From positions 13,138 to 57,349 of the forward strand of contig CAZTWC010000002.1 of the NCBI GenBank assembly GCA_964617105.1: a stretch of DNA of 44,212 bases, given 5' to 3'. The notes beneath the pieces are model-generated. The model was given only the letters and a program-made list of their open reading frames with translations, had not been told where the DNA came from and ran no database searches. This document shows, piece by piece, positions 37,583-44,212 of this stretch. This DNA comes from an uncultured Myxococcia bacterium. GTDB taxonomy: Bacteria; CAZTWC01. Position numbers and translations under genes: made by a program. Numbering within the stretch: position 1 is the first letter of the stretch; every line of letters begins with the position of its first letter.

Positions 37583-39418
37583 ATGAACCCCAAAAAAATC
37601 AGAATTTTACCCGACCAGGTGATCAACCGAATAGCCGCCGGGGAGGTTATTGAGCGCCCCGCTTCGGTGGTCAAGGAGTTGGTGGAAAACTCCCTGGACG
37701 CCGAAGCCGACTCTCTGGAAGTGGAATGTCGAAAAGGGGGCAAGGAGTTTTTACGGATAATGGACAATGGGCAGGGTATGGGGGAGGAAGATATTGCCTT
37801 GGCTCTCAAGAGGCACGCCACCAGCAAACTCCAGGATTTCGACGATCTGTTCCATATTGCCACCAGGGGATTCCGGGGAGAAGCTTTGCCCGCCATTGCT
37901 TCGGTTTCGCGAATGAAAATTCTCAGCCGCCAGGAGAATAACCAGGTGGGAACAGAGTTGGAGTGCTCCGGCGGGAAGATGGCGGAGCAAAAACCGGTAG
38001 CCTGTTCCAAGGGTACGGTAATTGAGATAAGGGATCTGTTTTTCAACCAGCCAGCCAGGAAAAAATTTTTAAAGGCCGATTATACTGAGCAAAAGAGAAT
38101 AAACGAAGTGCTAACCCAGTTTGCTCTGCTGGAAACGCAAGTCGCTCTTCGATTTATTGCCAACGGCAATATCGTTTACCACCTGGACAGGGGCGATAGT
38201 ATGCGTCAGCGGGTGGCCCTTCTTTTTGGCGAGGAGATTATATCTCAATTGGTGGAGGTGGAGGAACAAGTAGGTCAGATAAAGGTAACGGGCTTTTTAT
38301 CTCTGGAAGAGAAGACTTTTCCCACTGGTGCCAATATATTTACCTTTGTCAACCGCAGGTGTATAAAAGACCGGACTATTAACGCCGCCTTGATGGATAT
38401 CTATCGGAAATATTTACCCAAGGGGCGGTTCCCTTTTGCTCTTCTTCTGATTCAGGCGCCGGGTGGGATAGTGGATGTTAATGTTCATCCTCAAAAACGG
38501 GAAGTTCGTTTTGCCGACCACTCTTTGATTTTTAAAGCAGTGCGCCGGTCTGCCGAGCGGGTATTTGTTGGTAATCAACGTATGTGGGAAGCCAATTTTC
38601 CCTTTATCGGCCAGAATAAAATAGATGATATAGATTCGCCTGCTCCTACCTGGAGTTTTACCGAGCCGGCGGTGGATCACCAGGCAACTCTGAATGAAGC
38701 CCTACCCGATTATGGAATTCAAAATCAGGTGCAACCGGTGCAAGATGTATTGACCGGAGAGCAGGAGAGACAGTCAAAAGGGGCAAAACCGCAATGGCTT
38801 TTTGGTGATTACAGTATTCTGGGCCAACTGTGGGATCAGTTTATCCTAATCCAGACCAGCCGTTCATTTTTGTTGATAGATCAGCATGCAGCCCACGAGC
38901 GGATCGCCTTTGAAGAGTTAAAACGCAGTTATCTGGACAGCGAATATACCCGCCGTCAAACCCTATTGCCTTTCAGCCTGGAAGTGGACAGATCCATGGT
39001 GGATATTTTAAGCCGTAATCTGCAGGCTTTGGAGAAAATTGGCATTGATTTGGAGCATTTCGGTGGCACTACCTTTGTGCTAAAAGCTGTTCCGCTGGCC
39101 ATTGTCCAGGCTGATCCAGCATCTCTGCTGGAAACTATCACCACCAATTTATCTTTACTGGAAGAGGTCTGCCAGCAAGAGGCAGAAGGAAACCAGGAGT
39201 GGGTAAAACAGTCTGTGGAGCCACTACTTGAGAAATTTTTAGCCACCCTGGCCTGCCACTCGGTGGTGAGAGGAAAAAGAAAGATGCGGGAGCAGGAAAT
39301 AGAGCAACTGTTGGTCATGATGCAGCGGGAAGAGTTTTCCCCCTACTGTCCTCATGGCCGACCGGTGATAAAAATTATCTCCAGAGGTCAGGTTGAGGAA
39401 TGGTTCAAAAGGAGTTGA
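37583..39418 (+). CDS. mutL: DNA mismatch repair endonuclease MutL
   Basis: NRIAAGEVIERPASVVKELVENS, GFRGEAL, DVNVHP; endonuclease motifs DQHAAHER, ACH and CPHGRP. Confidence 0.97.
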   Translation: MNPKKIRILPDQVINRIAAGEVIERPASVVKELVENSLDAEADSLEVECRKGGKEFLRIMDNGQGMGEEDIALALKRHATSKLQDFDDLFHIATRGFRGEALPAIASVSRMKILSRQENNQVGTELECSGGKMAEQKPVACSKGTVIEIRDLFFNQPARKKFLKADYTEQKRINEVLTQFALLETQVALRFIANGNIVYHLDRGDSMRQRVALLFGEEIISQLVEVEEQVGQIKVTGFLSLEEKTFPTGANIFTFVNRRCIKDRTINAALMDIYRKYLPKGRFPFALLLIQAPGGIVDVNVHPQKREVRFADHSLIFKAVRRSAERVFVGNQRMWEANFPFIGQNKIDDIDSPAPTWSFTEPAVDHQATLNEALPDYGIQNQVQPVQDVLTGEQERQSKGAKPQWLFGDYSILGQLWDQFILIQTSRSFLLIDQHAAHERIAFEELKRSYLDSEYTRRQTLLPFSLEVDRSMVDILSRNLQALEKIGIDLEHFGGTTFVLKAVPLAIVQADPASLLETITTNLSLLEEVCQQEAEGNQEWVKQSVEPLLEKFLATLACHSVVRGKRKMREQEIEQLLVMMQREEFSPYCPHGRPVIKIISRGQVEEWFKRS

Positions 39419-40335
39419 CCAAGATATTGGTTATAACCGGGCCTACTGCTTCGGGTAAGAGCCAATTGGCTTTGGATATTTGCCAACATTTTCCCGGCGA
39501 AGTGATCGGGGCTGATTCAATACAGGTTTACCGGCACCTGGACATAGGTTCCTGTAAATTGCTTTTCAATCAGCGCCAGGGTGTTCCCCACCACTTGGTG
39601 GACATTTTGGAGATAGGCCAGGATTTTAATGCTGGCCTATTTGTTAGCCTGGCTGATAAACTGATCCAAGAGATCCATGCCAGAGACCGGTTGCCCCTGG
39701 TGGTTGGCGGGACCCAACTCTTTATCAAGGCTCTGTTGCAGGGTCTGTGCCAGGCGCCCTCTGTGCCCCAATCTTTACGAAACCGTCTAAAAGAAAAGGC
39801 AGGAGAAGAGGGTGGACTAGAGAGATTGTACCTGATGTTGACCAATTTGGACCCAGCCAGCGCAGCCAGGATAAATCCTGGTGACAGCCAGCGGGTTCTC
39901 AGGGCTTTGGAAGTGATAATTAGTAGCGGGCAACCCCTATCTGTTTTGCAGCAACAGCACCAATTTCAGCAAAAAAGATATCAAAATCTAAAATTGGCCA
40001 TTGACCTGCCAAGAGAAAAATTATATAAAAAAATAGATCAACGAGCAAAAGAGATTTTTAGTGACAATATTATTGGCGAGGTGGAAGCGGTTTTAAAAGC
40101 GGGTTGTTCTCCGGCGTCAAAGCCCTTGCAGGCTCCGGGTTATTTGGAGGCGCAGCAACTATTGCGAGGAGATATCGATATTGAGCAGGCCATTGAAGTA
40201 ACCAGCCAAAAACACCGAAACTATGCTAAACGCCAGATTACCTGGCTGCGTAAAGAGCGGGAGATTACCTTTATTAAATATCCAGTAGATATTAAAAAGA
40301 TAATTTGCATGATTGAAAGGTTTTTAGATGCTTAG
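39400..40335 (+). CDS. miaA: tRNA dimethylallyltransferase
   Basis: GPTASGKS, DSIQVY, PHHLVD, VGGT, RVLRALEV, YAKRQITW; follows mutL. Confidence 0.96.
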   Translation: MVQKELTKILVITGPTASGKSQLALDICQHFPGEVIGADSIQVYRHLDIGSCKLLFNQRQGVPHHLVDILEIGQDFNAGLFVSLADKLIQEIHARDRLPLVVGGTQLFIKALLQGLCQAPSVPQSLRNRLKEKAGEEGGLERLYLMLTNLDPASAARINPGDSQRVLRALEVIISSGQPLSVLQQQHQFQQKRYQNLKLAIDLPREKLYKKIDQRAKEIFSDNIIGEVEAVLKAGCSPASKPLQAPGYLEAQQLLRGDIDIEQAIEVTSQKHRNYAKRQITWLRKEREITFIKYPVDIKKIICMIERFLDA

Positions 40336-40708
40336 TCAAAAGGCACAGATTCTAGTTGTGGATGATTTTGCAACAATGCGTAATATAATACGTAAGTGCT
40401 TAAAAATCCTTGGTTATATCTACGTTACCGAAGCCGAAAACGGTAAAGAAGCTCTGGACATATTGGCAGAGAAAGATTTTGATCTGGTTTTTTTAGACTG
40501 GACCATGCCAGAGGTGAACGGTATCGAAGTGTTAAAAGCCATACGGAAGGATCCATACTTGCGTGATATGGGCGTGATAATGATTACTGCGGAGTCGCGT
40601 GATGAAGATATCCGGACAGCGGTAGAGGCGGGGGTGGATAATTATATTGTTAAGCCCTTTACTGCCGAAGTGCTAAAAAATAAAATGAATAAGGTATTTC
40701 CAGACTGA
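40328..40708 (+). CDS. cheY: Single-domain response regulator, CheY-like
   Basis: VVDDFATMRNII, EAENG, DWTMP, MITAE, YIVKPFTAEVL. Confidence 0.85.
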   Translation: MLSQKAQILVVDDFATMRNIIRKCLKILGYIYVTEAENGKEALDILAEKDFDLVFLDWTMPEVNGIEVLKAIRKDPYLRDMGVIMITAESRDEDIRTAVEAGVDNYIVKPFTAEVLKNKMNKVFPD

Positions 40709-40750
40709 GCAGTTCTCCTCTAAGCGAAAGTTAAAGAGAGTCGCAAAAAA

Positions 40751-43135
40751 CTAGTCCCCATTTACAGCCACTGGTTTCCAACGGGAGCCAAGAGGCGTAT
40801 CCTCCACAATTATACCATGCTCGGTTTTTAAGTTTTCCCTTAATTGGTCTGCTTTTTGCCAATCTTTCTGCTTACGGGCTTTTTCCCGCTGTTTGATTAT
40901 AGAATAGATCTCTTCTGAAATAGCCTCCTCTTCCGGAGAGGGCATTATACCCAGTACCTGGTCCAGCCGGTTCAGGGACTGAATGATTTTGGGACCATCT
41001 TTTTTTGCCAGGGTACCGGCGCTGATCAGGCAGTTTGCCTTGCGGATAAAATTGAACACTGCTCCCAGAGCGGCCGAGATGTTCAGGTCATCATTCATAG
41101 ATTGCTCAAAACTAGTTTCCATCTCGTTTATGATCCGCGGCAAAGCATCGGAATCTTCCCCATTGCCGGTTATGGAGCGGGTATTCCAGATAAACATATC
41201 AAATCGCTGTAAAGCGTTTTTTGCGGCAGTCAGACGTTGTAGCGAGAAATGGAGCGGCTGGCGATAGTGGATGGAAAGCAGTGCATAACGGATCTCCCGT
41301 CCGCTGAAACCCTGGGAGAAAATATCTTCCAGAAAGATAGCGTTCTTTCCCTGATGCGACATTTTGCTGCCCTGGTTTAACACCGTTTCATTGTGGAGCC
41401 AGTAATTGGCCAGTTGCTTGCCGCTTAAGGCCTCGGTTATGGCGATTTCATTTTCATGGTGGGGAAAAGTTAAATCCAGGCAACTGGTGTGAATATCAAT
41501 GGATTCACCCAGCAGTTTTGTGCACATAGCAGCGCATTCAATATGCCAACTAGGCCTCATGTTACCCCATTTGGTTTTAAAGAAGATATTATTTTTTAAT
41601 TCCGCCAGGTTGGCCCGCTTGAACAGGGTAAAATCACGAGGGTTTTCTTTTTCATAATTATCTAGATCCACTGTGGCGCCTAACTTGATTTTGCTCAGGT
41701 CAACCCCGGACAATTTGCCATAATCAGCATATTTAGCGATATCAAAATAGACTGACCGGTGTTTAATGTAGGCATATCCCATCAAAACCAGGTTTTCTGC
41801 CATTTCGATCATCTCCTGCACATAATCGCTGGCTCTGGCGTACTGAAAGGGTTTGATGTTTAAAGCTTCCAATTCCTGGAGGAATTGCTCAAACACCTGG
41901 GTGGTTAATTCTCGCATATCCACCCCGGATTTCAGGGCTGCTTCGATGGTGTTGTCATCCAGATCAGTTATATTGATTACATGTTTAACTTCGTACCCGC
42001 AAAATTCCAGGTTGCGGCGCAGAAGATCGGCAACTATCAACCTCCGGTAGAGAGCCAGGTGGGGAACAGTATTGACCGTGGGGCCGCAGGTGTAGATAGA
42101 AACTTCATTAGGTTTGAGAGATTTGAAGGGCTCTTTTTTTCTGGCCAGGGTGTTGTAAATTTTCAGATTTGATTTGGTGGCCTCCGGGGTGAATCCCTGG
42201 AATAACTGAGTTGAGAGGTAGCGTTCACCGCCGTCTGGTAAAATGGTGACCACTATCCCCTCATCTAACTGCCTGGCCACTTGCTGAGCAGCATAGACCG
42301 CCGCGCCGGCACTCATACCCACCAGCAGACCCTCTTTTTTTGCCAGTTCTCTGGAGGTTTGAAAGGCTTGCTCATTCTCTACCACCAGTTTTTGATCCAT
42401 TAGAGAACGGTTAAAAATCCCGGGGATATAAGAATCTTTTAGATTTTTTAGCCCCTGGATAGCGTGGCCAACTGTGGGTTCGGCTCCTATTATTTTTATA
42501 TCAGAATTGTACTGTTTTAAGCGGGCGCCGGTTCCCATAAGCGTTCCGGTAGTCCCGATGGTAGCCACAAAATGGGTTACTGCACCCCTGGTTTGCTGCC
42601 AGATCTCCTTTCCGGTGCTGAAGTAATGAGCAAGAAGGTTGTAGGGGTTATTAAACTGGTCGGTTAAAAGATATTTATCGGGTTCCTGGCGGTACAGGTC
42701 ATAGGCCACTTCAATGGCGCCGTCAGTGCTGAGGTGCGGTGGAGTAAGCAAAAAATCGGCTCCATAGGCAGCCAGAATTTTTTTTCGCTCTTCACTGGCG
42801 TTCTCAGCCATGGCCAGGAGTATTTTATAACCTTTTATTGCAGCCACCATGGCCAGTCCAATACCGGTGTTGCCGCTGGTGGCCTCCAGGATTATTTTTT
42901 CGGGGGTCAACTCTCCTGACTGCTCAGCATGTTCGATCATAGAGAGGGCAATTCGATCTTTTACTGAGCCTCCAGTGTTTAAAAATTCCGTCTTGGCAAA
43001 TATTTTTACCCGGGGATTGGGGTTGAGGTGCACTATTTCAATCAGGGAAGTATTACCGATGCCGTCCAAAATATTGTTATAAGCCCGCTTTTTAAAAGGG
43101 TTGGTATACTGGGCCAGATTGTTATAGTCGATCAT
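40751..43135 (-). CDS. cysS: Fusion of cysteine synthase (CysM/CysK-type PLP enzyme) and cysteine--tRNA ligase
   Basis: About aa 20-312: GGSVKDR, EATSGNTG, DQFNN, GTTGT, PDGGERYLST. About aa 323-794: IYNTL, YTCGPTV, NITD, RDFTLFK, RPSWHIEC, FPHHENE, HYR, DDLN, ADxLR. One uninterrupted 794-aa ORF. Confidence 0.95.
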   Translation of the reverse strand: MIDYNNLAQYTNPFKKRAYNNILDGIGNTSLIEIVHLNPNPRVKIFAKTEFLNTGGSVKDRIALSMIEHAEQSGELTPEKIILEATSGNTGIGLAMVAAIKGYKILLAMAENASEERKKILAAYGADFLLTPPHLSTDGAIEVAYDLYRQEPDKYLLTDQFNNPYNLLAHYFSTGKEIWQQTRGAVTHFVATIGTTGTLMGTGARLKQYNSDIKIIGAEPTVGHAIQGLKNLKDSYIPGIFNRSLMDQKLVVENEQAFQTSRELAKKEGLLVGMSAGAAVYAAQQVARQLDEGIVVTILPDGGERYLSTQLFQGFTPEATKSNLKIYNTLARKKEPFKSLKPNEVSIYTCGPTVNTVPHLALYRRLIVADLLRRNLEFCGYEVKHVINITDLDDNTIEAALKSGVDMRELTTQVFEQFLQELEALNIKPFQYARASDYVQEMIEMAENLVLMGYAYIKHRSVYFDIAKYADYGKLSGVDLSKIKLGATVDLDNYEKENPRDFTLFKRANLAELKNNIFFKTKWGNMRPSWHIECAAMCTKLLGESIDIHTSCLDLTFPHHENEIAITEALSGKQLANYWLHNETVLNQGSKMSHQGKNAIFLEDIFSQGFSGREIRYALLSIHYRQPLHFSLQRLTAAKNALQRFDMFIWNTRSITGNGEDSDALPRIINEMETSFEQSMNDDLNISAALGAVFNFIRKANCLISAGTLAKKDGPKIIQSLNRLDQVLGIMPSPEEEAISEEIYSIIKQREKARKQKDWQKADQLRENLKTEHGIIVEDTPLGSRWKPVAVNGD

Positions 43136-43243
43136 GACAACTCCATAGTTCGTCGCTTACATAACTGTGAGTATGCGCGTTTATCAAGGCCTTTAGGCCA
43201 TCCCTTTAGGGACGCCATAATGTAAATATATTTTAAGCGTGCC

Positions 43244-43912
43244 CTAAGGGCAAACTTTTTTTCTGGGAGTAATGCCGTTTTTAGGGCAATGAGGCTCTAA
43301 AATACACTGGTGGCAGCATGGGGAGATGGGTCTACAGGTATGTTGACCATGGGCAACCAGGATACTGTTGATGGTCAGCCAGTATTTTGAGGGTAGTTTT
43401 TTCCTTAAAGCCATCTCTGTTTCCAGGGGGGTTTTAGTATCAACATATCCCCAGATGTTCATTATACGGTGTACGTGGGTATCCACGCAAATAGCCGGTT
43501 TGCCAAATCCGATAACTCTTACCAGGTTGGCGGTTTTCCGTCCAACCCCTGGTAGTTTAACCAAAGAATCGATTTGGTCAGGCACTATACCGTTAAATTT
43601 GTCAGCCAGCACTTTCGGAAGTTGCCGCAGGAATTTGGCTTTGTTGCGATAGAATCCCACCGGGTAGATTTTTTGGGCTATCTCTTCTTCCGACATCTTT
43701 TGCAGGTCATAAATGTGGTCCAGGCTATTGAATAGGCGTTTTACCGCTTTGGTGGTAATTTTATCGGTGGTGCGGGCCGAAAGAATGGTGGCCACCAGGA
43801 CCTTCCAGGGCTCTTTGGTCTGGGCCTGAACCAGATCCACTATTGGAACTTTATATTCCTTCGCTTTTTTTAACAAGGCGGGAATTGCTATGTCAAGGTC
43901 TATAACATTCAT
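43244..43912 (-). CDS. nth: Endonuclease III (HhH-GPD DNA glycosylase with 4Fe-4S cluster)
   Basis: ILSART, GFYRNKA, LPGVGRKTAN, VDTHVHR, CRPISPCCHQCILEPHC. ATG at 43912 preferred. Confidence 0.95.
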   Translation of the reverse strand: MNVIDLDIAIPALLKKAKEYKVPIVDLVQAQTKEPWKVLVATILSARTTDKITTKAVKRLFNSLDHIYDLQKMSEEEIAQKIYPVGFYRNKAKFLRQLPKVLADKFNGIVPDQIDSLVKLPGVGRKTANLVRVIGFGKPAICVDTHVHRIMNIWGYVDTKTPLETEMALRKKLPSKYWLTINSILVAHGQHTCRPISPCCHQCILEPHCPKNGITPRKKVCP

Positions 43913-44212
43913 TAGGGACAATCATTACTAAGGCTGATTTTTTTGTCAAGGGTAGATTGCACACGAGAGATGGTGATGAGCCAATCGACCTGTCCAGAAT
44001 CCCAAGAGTAATCAATAGTTGCTTCACCCCATCCAATCTTGACTAGTTTAGCGATTTGCATTCCTTCCCAGGCGGTGGTTCCCTGGTTGCGGCCATTTAG
44101 ATGTGGTGATAGCAACGATTAAATGAAATTAGCGATCAGTAGCCCTTTGATTAACCAGGTTAATTCGTCACGAGTTAATACTTTTTGCTGACATCGATAA
44201 AATCTATTAAGA

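Noticed and set aside
40709-40750. Bidirectional terminator between cheY and the cysteine fusion
   Set aside because: Only a weak interrupted stem can be drawn, and there is no U-tract following it on either strand.
43157-43225. c-di-GMP-I riboswitch or T-box upstream of the cysteine fusion
   Set aside because: GGCCUAAA recalls the GEMM motif, but the GGCAAACC/GAAA and GCAAAGC elements are missing. The spacer is too short for a T-box and has no UGGNACC.
2-43652. The many short ORF-track entries antisense to or overlapping identified genes (e.g. 2..226, 3054..3416, 19619..20071, 37516..38046)
   Set aside because: They shadow well-supported genes and have no recognisable motifs. The Phe-rich 2..226 is just the reverse of the Lys-rich RnfB tail.
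43912-44212. ORF 43912..44115 and an open minus-strand frame 44119..44211 (LNRFYRCQQKVLTRDELTWLIKGLLIANFI)
   Set aside because: No recognisable motif in either. The second could be the 3' end of a gene beyond the window but cannot be supported from 30 codons.

Overview
Replication-origin region of a Gram-negative, probably anaerobic bacterium. Gene content suggests the former deltaproteobacteria (Myxococcota/Desulfobacterota-like); this is inference. Left arm (minus strand): start of rnfC, rnfB, rnfA, rlmB, pyrF, proS, ispG, recF, dnaN, dnaA, with a likely oriC in the dnaA-dnaN spacer. Right arm (plus strand): rpmH (missed by the ORF track), rnpA, yidD, yidC, jag, mnmE, mnmG, rsmG, a perfect parS, parA, parB, bactofilin, recA. 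Accessory genes follow. First is a minus-strand signalling operon: atypical kinase, histidine kinase with two heme-c-type motifs, receiver fused to a lipoyl-less glycine-cleavage-H domain, and DUF1284. Next come trxB, a 114-nt hairpin, DUF6485, 8-oxoguanine deaminase, DUF4395 and a hybrid kinase. Then a porin with two giant lipoprotein hydrolases (one PHP-type, one apparently circularly permuted alkaline-phosphatase-fold), mutL-miaA-cheY, a cysteine synthase/cysteinyl-tRNA synthetase fusion with degenerate HIGH and KMSKS motifs, and nth. Three genes are interrupted (ispG, recF, the PHP hydrolase) in ways that look like assembly errors. The core origin genes lie in a marked AT-rich trough, and CCWGG appears over-represented. 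No tRNA, rRNA, CRISPR array or transposase was seen. All calls come from motif recognition by eye; no database search was run.
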